A stretch of DNA of 64,000 nucleotides from Felis catus (Eukaryota). Under the pieces are notes generated by a model. The model worked only from the letters and a program-made list of their open reading frames with translations. It had not been told where the DNA came from and made no database searches. The position numbers and the translations under genes were made by a program. Location of the stretch: contig NC_058368.1 in assembly GCF_018350175.1 (NCBI RefSeq), forward strand, positions 205,904,001-205,968,000, read 5' to 3'. This document shows positions 39,606-52,920 of this stretch, piece by piece (position 1 is the first letter of the stretch; each line of letters starts with the position of its first letter).

Positions 39606-40457
39606 TAAAGTTTTAAGAAACTTAAACATGTAGAATTTTTACGCAGTTATAGAATTTATAGAGATTTCTCACTAAAATAGATTTGAGTCTCTCTTAATTT
39701 ACCTTCAACTTAATATTTATCCAATTTTGTTTTGAAGCTGAGTCTTGAAAGCTAGAATGTTTTTGAAGAGAAATGCATCTCACCTAAACATTTCAAGACA
39801 TATTGAGATTCTTGATGAAAGCCATAATAAGGAATATGAAATTTGTTACCTGAGGCTTGGCTGTTGAGCTGAATTTTGTGCTGGTATTTTTTTAAGTCAT
39901 AGGTAAATGGTAAGTTTTCCATTTTTTTATTATCCTCTTTCCTGTAGTAGTGGGCATGCATGTGAAGTTTGTGTTTCTTAGAATGGCTGGTTAAAAAAAA
40001 AAAAAGATTTCTAGATATAAATTGACTAAGTCAGTAACTGTTAGAGACTATGTTTTATAGCACATAACACACCGTATCCTCTCTAATATGAGATGACTGT
40101 GTGACAAGGTCTATGTGAGGTGAGTGGAGATTTTATTTATGCATTTGGGAAGCAAACCTTCATGTACTATCTTGTCATTACTAATTGAAGTGCAATCTTG
40201 TCATATCTAACTTGTTAATAGCTTCATATGTTCATTCTGTTTCTCCTTATTCATACTGTTTACCTTTAAGACTGGTGTTCAAGACTAGAGAAGTCATGGG
40301 GTGTTTGTTTTGTTTTAGTGAACAATTCTGGATTTACTAAAAGAGGAAGTCTGAAAGTGCTGATTAAGCAGTTTGATATTATTATGTTTATAAGCCAGAT
40401 TCTCAAAAATTTGCTGTGGATCTTTTTCCTGCAGAAAATTATGTAACCAAGTCACAA

Positions 40458-40487
40458 AGTTGTTGTTGTTGTTGTTGTTGTTGTTGT
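40458..40487 (+). repeat. (GTT)n microsatellite
   Basis: Read directly from the sequence. Confidence 0.95.
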
Positions 40488-40754
40488 GTGTGCACGTGCA
40501 CGCACCTGGTAAGTCTACCACGTGGTAACTACTTCATTTGCCCAGACTAAGAATTTAAAATATATTTGAGTTCTAGAATTTATATTAAGCTTGTGGCAGA
40601 ATAGAAAAAAAATGTTAGCCTGACTGATACTTTTGAAAAAAATTAAATTATAGAAAACTTTGGCTATAACTTGTGAATAACCTAGGAATCGTTATCTATA
40701 AGTGGATAATAAACAGATGCATCAAAAAACAAATTAGTTCTTCCTCTGAGGTTT

Positions 40755-40955
40755 AGGTTTTCAGCTGGGGGTGATTTGCTTCCAGAGAACATTTGGAAAT
40801 GTGTGGAGGAGGTTTTTGATTGTCATAATGACTGGGACAGCCCCAGGCATTTAGTGAGTACAAGGCCAGAGATGCCAAATAACTCTCAATGCATACAAGA
40901 CATTCTGACTCAATGAAGAACTCTCACATCATATCAATGCCAACAGCACCCCTGA
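40755..40955. mobile_element. MER20-like hAT MITE
   Basis: tgggggtgattt...acatttggaaatgt.tggag...ttttgattgtcataatgactggg...ggcatttagtg...aggccagagatgc. Confidence 0.7.
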
Positions 40956-41965
40956 TGGTGTCCTTATTCTTAATAGGTTTGACATATGGAAAATATCAGA
41001 AACTGGACTGGATAATCTTTTTCTTCTTCTTCTTCTTTTTTTTTTTTTTTTTTTTTTGTGCCAATATAGACTCAGGCCAATGAAATGGACTAAATAGTAA
41101 ACAGAAATTTCTTTTTCCTAAAATTGTAGCTAACACCCACTGTAAGCAATTAGTAATTTAGATTCTCAATGTTTGTGCCAAGGGGTTTGATGGTTTTATG
41201 TAAGGTGGTAACATACTGGAAACCGTTTAAATCTTACTGTAGCAAAATAGTGCTAGTATCTCAGAAAACAAAAGATTTCTTGTAATTTCAAGTGCTCAAA
41301 ATTGGGACAGCTGGAGGTTTAATAGCTTTGGACTTGAAAATAGGATTTAAAACTAAAGTGAACCTGTTAACAGCCTAGACATCATTGTTTATACTGATGA
41401 TGGAATAAACATAAGAAACTCTGGAAATCTATATAAATACCAAGGAACAGGATAAAATAAGCTATGTATTTAGTTCAGCCTTGGACAATTAAACCTTTTT
41501 ATTCTTTGTTTTTTCCATCAAGAAGAGCTATGGTGGGATTCATATCTTTTTTTTAAATTTCATCAAATGTTTAACTTAATAATTTTTAAGTTGAGTAAGT
41601 TGATTTTTTCAAGTACATTACAGCAATATCCCCTAAAGGCAACACCAACTTATTACATTCTTTTTTTCAAGTTTTTAGGATGTAATTTCTCAGCTGTGAT
41701 AATGACCCAGAGTCCAGTTCTTTATTACAGAACTAAAACCCATGAACATCTTGGTTAATCTCCTCATACATGTGTAGATGTGGGTACTTTCATGCAACAA
41801 GTCTCTAGCTTTAAAACCTGTTTAATATGAAAAGATCCCTTGTGAGCTTTCCAAAAATTTTTATAATCTTCTGTGATATGGCTGGGTTTTACTTGTGTAT
41901 TTCTCTGTTTTCAACTTTTTGAGTTATTGCTGGAAATCAAAGTAGATAATAGTTTTTAAAAATTA

Positions 41966-42300
41966 CAGTTTACCCTTGAACAACATGGAGTTAGATGCCA
42001 AACCCCCACACAGTCAAAAATCTGTATATAACTTTTGATTCCCCAAAAACTTAACGACTTGTGGCCTACTGTTGACCTTTGACCAGAAGCCCTACTGATA
42101 ACATCAGTAGTCAATTAACATGTATGTTGCATGCTATATATATGTTATATTCTTGCAACAAAGTAAACTAGAGAAAAGAAAATTATATTAAGAAAATTGT
42201 AAGAGAAAAATCTCCAAAAAACTTGACAATATATTTATTGAAAAAAATGTGTGTATAAGTGGCCCATACAGTTCAAACCCATGTTGTTCAAGGTCAACTG
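41966..42300. mobile_element. Tigger2-derived non-autonomous element (Tigger2a/MER8/MER28-like)
   Basis: TIRs cagtttacccttgaacaacatgg and ccatgttgttcaaggtcaactg; TA on the left, CA on the right. Confidence 0.88.
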
Positions 42301-42606
42301 CATTTGAGTTTTGACTAAGTTCAGGCTATTACATTACAGTTGGTTGAACTGCACTTTAGTTCTGTTAGGAAACTCTTTGACATTATCTTAAATAATTTTC
42401 GCAAAAACCATCTAGGCTCAGTGCTATTATTCCCAAACTACAGCAACAGGCATTTAAATAACTGGGTCCCAAGGTCTAACGTTTGGAAAAGAGACTTGTA
42501 GTCTGAAGCTCTTCCTGTGATAGTATATAATCTTGCTATTTTCATTTAAATGTGACTGCCTCATATTTTAGCTAATAAACACATTAAATAAAATCATGAA
42601 ACTACT

Positions 42607-42747
42607 GGGGCACCTGGGTGGGTCAATTGATTGAGTATCCAGCTTGGGCTCAGGTCATGATCTTGAGTTCAAGCCCTGTGACAAGACTGTGCTGACAACT
42701 CGAAACCTGGAGCCTGCTTCAGATTCTGTGTCTTCCCCTCTCTCTGC

Positions 42748-42783
<36 letters not shown>

Positions 42784-42820
42784 AATAAATAAACATACAA
42801 AAAACCTAAAGACAAACAAA
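42607..42820 (+). mobile_element. CanSINE
   Basis: TSD aaatcatgaaa(c/g)tact at 42591-42606 and 42821-42836. Confidence 0.94.
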
Positions 42821-43399
42821 AAATCATGAAAGTACTACAATGCCGAAATTTGAATCTAAAAAAAAAATTTGAATAAGGGTTAGAATCCTTTCTCATTCCA
42901 TATAGAATAAATAAATTTATAAAATTTGACTTTATGGTTCTCCTTTGGGTCCTGAGGCTCTGCAAGACAATGTAAAAATAATCGTTTTCAAATTTGTTTT
43001 CTTTCTTTTCATCCTTCTTTCATTTCTTTTCATAATACATTAATAAGAATTTAAATCAAGATTTGAATGATACTACAAATATGTTATAAAGTGATCAGGA
43101 GAATTAAAGTAATTTAATTTTTTGCTTGTGAGAATCATCCCTGGTGTTGTTCTTCACTTTTCAGAAGTCATATCAAGTTTTGTGATTTGGTAGAAACACA
43201 ATGATTTATAGAAAAATATGTTAACATCTATGGTAAAATATTTTCAGTTTTAAATCTGGTTAAAAAGTTTCTAGACTTTTTTTAAACACAGTTTTTGTGC
43301 TTGTTTATTTTTTTTTAAGTCATCGTATCTGTCAAAAAACAGAAAAGATTAAATGATAAAAAAAAGAAAAACTGGCATAAAAATAGGGGACTTTCAGTT

Positions 43400-43900
43400 T
43401 TGCTGAAAAACTAAGCAGAGTAATGCAGAGTAGTTGGAGGTTGAAATGAGGGTAATTGTTTTATTGTGGTTTGTTTTTGAAATTGGAGAAATGGGAGCAT
43501 GGATATATGTCTATGGGAACCATTAACAAAGAGAAGGGAGATCTGTCAGAGGAAAATTCCTGATTCAGTCAGGAGCAGACAGGATCTGGGACACTTAATT
43601 CCACTACAGATTTCTAAGAGACAATATGGAACACATCTCAGACTTATTCCATCTGAGGAGAGAGAACGTGTGAAAGTGTGAGCATCTTTCTACCAAATCC
43701 CCAACTGTCCAAGGCTGAGGGCTACTCCAGCAGCATTAACTCCCTGGCATTTCTGGCTTGACTTTTGCATAGGCTGAAACTTCCCAGGGTCATTAACGAG
43801 CCTCAGATGGGGAGTAGCAGAGATTTCATTAAGCAGGCTTCAGTGTGTAGGGGTGAGCTCAGGGGATATGGCAGGTCACCCATTGCTATTGCTACCCTCA
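43400..43900. mobile_element. Old ERVL LTR (LTR16/LTR67-like)
   Basis: ggctgagggctactcc...gcattaactccctggcatttctggct...gatatggcagg.cacc. Confidence 0.45.
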
Positions 43901-45499
43901 CACTCCAGACAGCAGACACACTAAATACTAACAGTCATGTCTAGTTCAGTAACCAGTTGCATTGTTCCCAGAAGAGCTTTATAAATCAGGAACTTAAAAT
44001 ACATCAGCTAAATTCAAGACCTTCTATTTTAAAAGCCTAATGCATTATTATGAAACCCTCTACAAGCTTACAAAGGCCAAGAACAAAAAATTTCTTTAAC
44101 ATAAGTGAATAGTTATTTGTAATATCTGTAATGTCACAAACTAAGAGAAAAACAAGGCACCCGTAAATCATAAGATGGGAGTGTCAACATGAAAATTATT
44201 CAATCCATTTATTTTTTCAAATGACACTAAGTTTGGTTAATCGTTTGCCTGAAGACTGACCCATTTCCTGCTCCATTACTCTTTGATACATTATAGTCAA
44301 AGATCCATCCTTATGTTGGTGAAATAAGTTGCACTTGAAACAAGCCCAGTTGTGGCCTTAACACTTTCTTTATCTGTTGTCCTTAATAAAACCAAGCTCT
44401 CTTTTAATCTTTTACCAGTGGTAGCTGCTGCTTACCAAGTGTACCAGAAGGTCAAGAAATAGAAGTTGGTGTTCTTTCCTGCACTCCCACCCCGTCTCTT
44501 CTTCTAGACCATAAGTCTTGCCTTTCTTCTAAAATTCTATCTTCTTCTGTGGATTAGTTCAACCTCCAATCCCACCATGTAGTTTTTAGACCACTCTCTT
44601 TCTCACCTCCCAAGGGAAACCTTCCTGATTCCAGACTCTGCCCCTGCACTGCCAACCTGTATCTTGCCTTCATTACACTGTTAATATTTGTGATTATAAT
44701 AAAATTACAAATTTATCTATACATACTTGCTATTAGTACTTTAGATGGCCCTCTAAATTCTAGTAATTTACATTAAGTTTTTAAATTTGATTCTTGTGAT
44801 GACTACATTTATTCCACATTTATAAATGAAGACAGTGAGTCTTGGTAAGGTTAAGAAATTTGTCAATATCACACAGATAGAAGGCTGTGAGCCCATCCAT
44901 GGCCCACTCAAGCCGACCAACTTCAGAACTTGCTCTTCTACCCACACTGCTTCACTGCCTCCATAGTATTTTAACTTGTTTTTTCATTATTGTTTATTGT
45001 TTATCTTCTTAAAAGACTCTAAGCTTTTGAAAGAAGGGGTCATATGTACATTGCCACCTACCTAGGTCCTAGACTCATGCCTAACACAAAACAAGTGTCT
45101 GATTCACATTTGCCAAATAAATGAATAAATAAACCAGTTACTACCCAATCCTGCATTGCTAAATAACTAAAGGGATGGTTGATAGGTTGGTGATGGGTCA
45201 GTGGTTTTATTTTTCTATGATATAATCAAGTATATTGACTAAAACAGACTCGCAAAAAATAAACTACTTCATACTAATCCATAGCACATACATGTAGATT
45301 ATGTTTAAAAATTGCCATAGGCAAGTAAACATCTCAGTTTAGATGGATTGGAAAAAGGCTAGTTTCAATTAATGAAGTATCCTTAAAGGAATGGAATTTT
45401 ATTCCCCAAATGTATATTGCAATAAACCAAGGAAATAAGATTTGCTTAATGGATATAAATAAATAAATGGTTTTTCAAAAAAAAAAATTTTAAGTATCA

Positions 45500-46270
45500 A
45501 CACACAAGCCCAATATTATGCTAAGTGTTATGAAGAATATACAAGGAGAAGATCTAAACTGTTCTTAAGTACTTTACAATCTGGTTTGATACATGAGACA
45601 TAATGAGCAGACCAAGAAAATGTCTAATCAATGGCATTTTCTGTGACCCAGATTATAGCTTTATAGATACTCTAATCTGGAGCTTGGCCTAGGGGCTGGA
45701 GAGGTGAGGAAAGTTTAGAGTACGAAATGGGATTTGGCTGAGAGCATATAGGTTTTTCATGAGTGGGTTGAAGAGATTTTAGGACAAGGGCAGGGGAGGA
45801 TAGAGAAATGAGCAGACAAGTGGAAAGTTGACGAGTGTAACAGAAAGGCAAGTTGCTTGCCGTGAGAACAGTTTGTGGTAGGAAAGAATTACAACACTCT
45901 GTTAAAAACCAGCTGGCTGATGGAAAAGGGCGATTATCAAGCTGAGCATTTAGACTCAACATAAGAGAGTTATTGTGGATTAAGAGCAAGAGTGTGGATA
46001 TGATAAACAGAGGGTACTAGGAAACAACGCCAACATAACCTTGAGAAGGGGCTGAAAGTAGAGAGATCAGCTAGGAGACTATCATAGTTACTTAAACATG
46101 AGGTGGAAGGAGCCTGGATTCTAGATAAGACAGGAGGAATCAGAAGGAATAAAGAGATATAAGAAAGCCCATGAAGGCAGAGTTGAAAGGGCCTGTTGAC
46201 TGGGCATATAGGTCTGGGGAAAGGAAGAAATAAATGGTGACCTCAAGGCTGTAAATCAGGAGAACTGAAA
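45500..46270 (-). mobile_element. Diverged L2 remnant
   Basis: Purine-rich L2-like motifs (agctaggagactat, ataaatggtgacctcaagg). Confidence 0.45.
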
Positions 46271-47309
46271 GCTCAGATTTAGAAACACTGCTCTGGGAAG
46301 GCCTGAAACCATAATCATGAGATTTCTGAAGGCTTTTGTAAACACGAGAAAGAAACTTAATGTAAAAACCTTAGCTAGAAATGTATTTGGGAGTGACACA
46401 CAATTTAGAAGTTATTTTAAGAAATAGATTATGGAAAGATTTTTAAGATTATAGAGAGGTTTTTGAAAATTTTCTTAAAATAAGAAACGGTCTCCTTACA
46501 AGGGTGTACTGACATAGTGGAATTGGTATTTTTACCTGCTAGAACTCAGACGTACCTCAAAAATGTAACTTTGTTTTCTGTGACTTCTTCTTGCCTTCCT
46601 GACCCTAACTCAATGACTGAAGAAAAATATTTTGAACTTTCAAATTAATATTCTTATTCAAGGTAAATATTCAGTCAGCTCAAATTTTAAATTCCTATCA
46701 GTTTTATCTTTTGGTCTGTCATAGGGTTTCTTTTCTACCTTCTCTGTTTTCAGATTCATCCAAACACTCATAGAGGTGGTGGGATGGAGCCTCGAATCCA
46801 GACTGTCATTTCACACCACGTTGGCTGCCACGGTAATGGGCTTTGTCCTAATGACTTGCTCAGCATCTACAACTGGCATTCATTTTGAACGAGTCTTTCT
46901 ATTTGGTCTTTAGAGGCTTTATGCTGACACCCACCATGAAACATGTGTTCCTTGCCATAGCATCTAATCAAGGCCTTTCCTGTTCTATCAGAGTTTTCTC
47001 AATAGGCACACAAGAGCTGAGGATATGACAAATAGGCTTCCCACAATTAGGAAAATTATCCCTGGTCCATTTACTTCCTGCAATATTCCTGCTTTCTTGT
47101 TGGCCTGCCATATTGTTTGTGACACCATTCTGAATTCAGGGCTTCTCTGAAAGCTTTATAATCGTTTCCATCTATGTCCAAGGTATCATAGTTCAAAGTC
47201 CAATATTTATTTGGACTCACAATTTGTTTGGATATATTTTGCTGCACCCTAGGTTTCAACTCTGGGAGACAGAGTGTTACCAAGATGTAATGGTATACTA
47301 GAGCCAACT

Positions 47310-47668
47310 TATATATACCAGCTCATGAAAGTTTAGGAATGCTGCCAGCTAGTTGTTAAAACCAGACTTTATTTTAAATTAAATTATATGAATTTAGGTT
47401 CAAATTAATTAAAAACAAAAGCAATAAATACTTCAAATCATCGCATCCTTATCATCTTAATACATTTTTACTAACTTTATCAGCATTTTAGTAGTAAAAT
47501 AGACTTTAATAATACCTATGCCCTTGAGGTTATTTATGTATATTTTCTCTTTCTACCTCTGTACTCAATAATATCCGGTTGGTAGCTTGAAATTGTCCAT
47601 AACGTGAGTATTTACACCACAGAAATTGGAAGATGCTACAATTATTAAACATTTACCAGCACACCACT
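47310..47668. mobile_element. MER63-like hAT element
   Basis: cccttgaggttatttatgt...ggtagcttgaaatt...gagtatttacaccacagaaattgg...aaacatttaccagcacaccact. Confidence 0.65.
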
Positions 47669-48342
47669 CATGAGCATAGCTCATGACTCATCTCTTGCCC
47701 ATTATTTCCTTAAATTTTTCATCTCCTCTTCTTCTCTTCTTTTCAGTGGTCTACAGGCTTTATTACTATGGTTTCATGTGTGACAAAACTTGCCTTTGCA
47801 TCCTCCTCTTTTACTAGGTCAAAAAATGCAACAATGGCATTTATTATTTATTAATAAAGAAGGGCAGCAGAGAGCCTGGACTTTAAAAAATATATATTGT
47901 CCTTATTGCTGGACTACTAACTTGCTTTCCAAATGTCTTTCTAATAAATAAAAGGACAGATCTCAGCCAAGACTCCAAATCATCCCAAACTCCTAATTAA
48001 TAGGGTTCCATTAGTGAGGATTTATTATAGCAACAAGTAGTAATAAATTGTCTGTCTTGAGTTCTGAATAATTCACAGTTGCAAATGTACTTCCATATTT
48101 TACTACCTTGACATTTCTCATAACTTTCTTAGTTTCTGATGGTAGTAAAGCTGCTTTAACTAGTAATTAATGAACAGGAGTAATTGTGTTCCCTTGGCAT
48201 CTTTAACAAATGGAGTCACCTTAGCATGGCAGTGTAAAAGCAGAGGATTTTCTGTGCTTCTGTTTCCACAAATGGTACAGAGGAGGTAGAGGATTGCTTC
48301 ATTAGTCACCAATAATCATTTATAAAATTGGAGAAACCACAG

Positions 48343-48422
48343 ACTAATGAATGTTTCAGCTTCTTCTAGCTCCTACATTCAGCTAGAAGAAGGAGCTAGA
48401 AGAAGCTGAAACATTCATTAGT
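48343..48422. repeat. Perfect inverted repeat, 32-bp arms with 16-bp spacer
   Basis: actaatgaatgtttcagcttcttctagctcct (48343-48374) is the exact reverse complement of 48391-48422. Confidence 0.95.
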
Positions 48423-49689
48423 TGCCAGCCCAATTAAGCTATAGATTAAATCTCTATTTTTCTCACTCTGTTGATTAAATGGCCTCTTTGCCAGATAGAA
48501 TTTAAACGAACAAGCATTTGGGAAGTATATTTATTTCTAAATTCTCTGATGAAGTGATTCTAGTTCCGGAGTAATGCAACATTTTCCAAGCAAAAGAAAC
48601 TTAGAATAACAAAGTTTCACTTATTGGGAGAATGCTAGAATTTTCCCTGAACATTAAGGGAAGGTGGCATTTCTATTATTGAGACAAGGAATCTACATAC
48701 TCTGGGGGTGTTTCTATATTGATGCCTTGCAATTATATAGTGCTTTTTACTTTTATTCTTCAAAAGAAATAATGCAAAGTTCATCTGGGAAGATCATTCT
48801 TGAGATAGAGCATTACGTAGGTAGTACTGTTCACCTCGTTTTGCAAACTCTGAGTTCTAAAACCTTCACTCAAATGGTTAGTAGGGTCTACCCATCCAGG
48901 TATCACATATAGCAATACTTGAAGGTGTTAATTTAATCTCAAGAATTTATCAAGAAAGCAAATATTTGTGGAAATGATTGAAGCGGTATACAGTAGTGAT
49001 AATGTTGCCATATGTATATTATACCAAAAAGAGAAAAACAAATAAATTTAATGAAAGAATTAACTAACCTGGAAAAACATACATTGATAAGATTCTCATA
49101 ACGCCTGCTGATAACCCAGGATAGTTAGAATAAATGATCTCATGTCATCTGGGTTTGTCTCATGGTGATTTTCTTTCCAATCTTCTAAGATGGGAGAGAT
49201 TGTTTTCTTCTCATCCCTTATTAATAACTGCAATTATTTCTTTTTGCTCATGCACTTACTTAGAAGCAACTGAGTGTTTATTACATTTCTGCAGATGTTT
49301 GCCACCCGCTAAAGTGCTCTACAAAAAGCTAATTGCCTACTTTTCTGTAATGGAAATAGCTGCATCTTGTTTTAGCTCTATGTTGTTTTCTTACCTAATT
49401 GCTCTATGATACTTATCCCTCTGCCATGATGTAAACATTCTATGTGTGAAGAGCTTCTCCATTTATGTGGTCAATAGAAAGTGTTACATTTTCCCCAGAG
49501 ATATGAGGTAAACATGACTCTTTCATATCACTTATGGTCCCAATGGTCTTTTTGTAGACAATCCATCAAGCAACAATGGTAGCAACAGTTTAATGCATCC
49601 TTGTTTAACTATTTCATGTTCTGTATCTTTTATGCCACAATTTCCTTGCATATCAGTGGGGCTCATTCACTTTTGACAATTCTCCAAAT

Positions 49690-49820
49690 GAGTAGTTAAG
49701 GCAATTATCATTTCCTTATTTTACAGATGAGGAAACTGAGCCCTATAAATATTGACTGATATGTCCAAGGTCAAATAGTTGGTGACTGAGCTAGTATTAG
49801 AAGACAGTCTTCCTATGGAG
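49690..49820 (-). mobile_element. MIR fragment
   Basis: attttacagatgaggaaactgag...tgtccaaggtca. Confidence 0.75.
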
Positions 49821-50438
49821 AAATGTATATGATATGTCATCAAACGAATTTTTAAAATACAGAAAATGGGAAAATACACATAGAGATTACATGCAGAATA
49901 GAATATTAATTGAAAACATACACATATAGGAACACAAAAAAGAAATACTGCTCAAAAAGCATATTTCATACATATCAAATAGTCCATAATAGATAATATG
50001 TTTACAGAGAGAAGTAGACGTGGTCCTTGCAACACTAGAACTAACAATCTAGTGAAAGAGACAAGTACCAATCAAATAAATACAGAAATAAATCTATAGT
50101 AACACATTGTGAAAAGTGTAAACAACAACAAAAAATACAAGGTGCTATGAATAGCAGCTAATTTAATATAAATGGGGGTTGATTAGACACTGAAAAAGTT
50201 AAATGAGGTAGAAAACAGAAAGATGACTACGAATTACCCAGGTGAAGATGGTGGAAGCTTTTTTAATTTCTTTTTTTACTTTTCTGACTTTCCAAATTTC
50301 TACAAAACAGAAGTGTTACTTTACCAATCAGAAACTATGCATATGTGAGTTTTGATTCTCTCTCTCTGGCAGAGTATTTCCTATCAAAACAAACCTCCTA
50401 GAAAAGCAACTCTAAATGTTGAAATTAAAAAGAGAATA

Positions 50439-50650
50439 GGGGCACCTGGGTGGCTCAGTCTGTCAAGCGTCAGACTCTTGACTTTGGCTCAGGTCAAGAT
50501 CTCATGGTTCATGAGTTTGAGCCCCACATCAGGCTTTACATTGGCAGAGGGAAGTCTGCTTGGGATTCTGTATCCCTCTCTCTCTGCCCCTCCCTTGATT
50601 GCTCTCTCTCTGTCAAAACTAAACAAAACTTAATTTTAAGAGAAAAAAAA
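50439..50650 (+). mobile_element. CanSINE
   Basis: SINE head, body and tail; agagaata on both flanks. Confidence 0.93.
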
Positions 50651-50748
50651 GAGAGAATAATCAGGGCAAGAAATACTTTAGCAACAAAGAAACCTGAGAA
50701 AAGGAAAATCCACTGCAGTAAGAGAAATTCTCTACTACTTTTCCTTTT

Positions 50749-50970
50749 TTAAAAAAAAATTTTTTTTAACGTTCATTTATTTATGAGACAGAGAGAGACA
50801 GAGCATGAACAGGGGAGGGGCAGAGAGAGAGGGAGTCACAGAATCTGAAGCAGGCTCCAGGCTCTGAGCCATCAGCCCAGAGCCTGATGCGGGGCTCGAA
50901 CTCACGGACTGCGAGATCATGACCTGAGCTGAAGTCTGACGCTTAACCGACTGAGCCACCCAGGCTCCCC
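50749..50970 (-). mobile_element. Felid CanSINE
   Basis: Antisense SINE; 18-bp TSD tctactacttttcctttt at 50731-50748 and 50971-50988. Confidence 0.96.
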
Positions 50971-51436
50971 TCTACTACTTTTCCTTTTAAGGAATTTTCT
51001 GATATATAAGTGCTGCAGGCCAGAGTCCTAATGAAAAGCAGCAGATCAGAGCTTTTTCCTACTTCACAGTGCTCGGGAGACAAAAGTTACTAGGATGTTG
51101 AAGAGAGCCAGAACTCAAGAGATGGGTAAAGCTGTTGGGAGGTTTTAAAGCACTTCTCAATAGTAACCGATAGAACAGGCAACTCAGTAAAGATATCGAA
51201 GATTTGAAGGTTGCTTTTAATAAATATGATCTAATTAAAATAGATAAAAGATTATAAAACTTCTTTATACACACTTTTCAAGTACATGTGAAATATTTAC
51301 CATATATTGGTAAATGATCATATGTTGAGTCATAATGCAAGTCTCAATGGTTTAGAGGGATGGAGATATATAAATATAATCCCAAACAGTAGTGGAATTT
51401 AGCTATGCATATGTATTCTGAAATATTTGGAAGCAG

Positions 51437-51660
51437 TGTGCCTGGGTGGCTCAATTGGTTAGGTGAGTGACTCTTGATTTTGGCTGTGGTTGTGAACCCA
51501 GGGTCGTGGGATCAAGGTCTGCCTCTCTCTCCCACTCCCCCACCTTCTTTTTCTCTAAAATTAAAACATATATATGTTTTTTAAACTATATATATACATA
51601 TATCACAGTTACATAGTTATATATAACTATACACACACACACACACACATATGTATCTCA
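51437..51660 (+). mobile_element. Older CanSINE whose tail has expanded into a TA/CA microsatellite
   Basis: tgcctgggtggctcaattggtt...cccagggtcgtgggatcaag; TSD atatttggaagcag at 51423-51436 and 52911-52924. Confidence 0.85.
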
Positions 51661-51810
51661 CAGTAAAATCTTGGATTGCAAGTAATTTGTTCTGCGAGTA
51701 TTCCACAAGACAAGCGAACATTTCTAATAAATGTTAATAAACAAGGGATGTCTTGCAATACGAGTAGCATGTGATGCCAAATGTCACATGATCACAGCTG
51801 AGCCAATGGT

Positions 51811-51846
<36 letters not shown>

Positions 51847-52905
51847 GAGGGATTGTGGGTGACTGTCTCCTATGCTCAGATGCTGGGCCTCAGGCCGTGG
51901 TGTTTGACAGAAATCAGTGATATTTCAGAACGTTGGAAGGTGCCCACAACTGGCATTAGTGTATTTTTTGTCACTTCAAAGCACCTATGAACAGTCCTTT
52001 GCTTTTCCATACAAGAGTAAGCTTAGGAATGCTTTGCTTCATTCTAGGTCAAGCTGCCTGCAGATAGAGACCCTTTCCTCTGCTGCCTTATTGCCAGGTA
52101 CATTAAATACAGTATATAGCAAGATTTTATTAATTCTGCACTGTAGTCAACGTGCTATGTGAGCATATACAATAGCCCCCATGCAGGAAAATATTGAAAA
52201 AGAAAGGTGGTAAGAAGAAGGAGATGATTACTGTGGAAGTTAAGAAGGAAATCATCGAGAAGTAAGAACAAGGTATGCGAGTGGCCAAAATTGCAAGATT
52301 TTATAAGAAGTCTATGTCTTCATCATCTGCAGAGGAGGAGGAGAAAAAGGCAGGGGAATACCTCACTTCAAATGAGATTAGGGAAATATGTAATATGGGA
52401 AACGGTGCAAAATGTTGTAGAAAAGCACCACCCAAATAAGGCTGTAACAATGCAAGCAATGAATCTGTTAAATAATAATGCAATGTCTCATTTCCATGAA
52501 ATCCTCAAAAGGAGGCAAAAGCAAGTGTCATTGGATAGGTTTCTTGTTTAAAGTTGCACAAAAAGAAAAAGATTCTGTTGAACCAATAGATAGCAGTGAT
52601 TCCATTAGTGAAGTCGTCCTACAAAATGACCCTCCTCTCTCTTGTCTCCCCACACTGGTCGTGAAGGGTTTCAAACGTAAGTGCAGGTTAATTTGTTTAT
52701 TTTTCTCTATATTTTGTATTTTTTTATGATTTTGTATTATTTTACAGTATTGTAAATCATCTTTATGTGAATATTTTTGGGTTGTGAAACGACTCATCTG
52801 AGTTTTCCATTATTTCTTATGGGGAAATTTACTTTGATATACAAGTGCTTTGGATTACAAGCATGTTTCTGGAACAAATTATGATGGCAAACCAAGGTTT
52901 TATTG
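51661..52905 (+). mobile_element. pogo/Tigger-family DNA transposon, internally deleted (no DDE domain)
   Basis: TIRs cagtaaaatcttggattgc and gcaaaccaaggttttattg followed by TA; transposase remnants MITVEVKKEIIEK*EQGMRVAKIARFYKKS (N-terminal HTH) and WETVQN...LKRRQKQVSLDRFLV (C-terminus). Confidence 0.88.
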
Positions 52906-52920
52906 TATATATATTTGGAA

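Noticed and set aside
663..51274. Remaining 60-125 aa ORFs in the ORF track
   Set aside because: They overlap SINEs, LTRs or L2s, or have low-complexity composition; none resembles a protein family I recognise.
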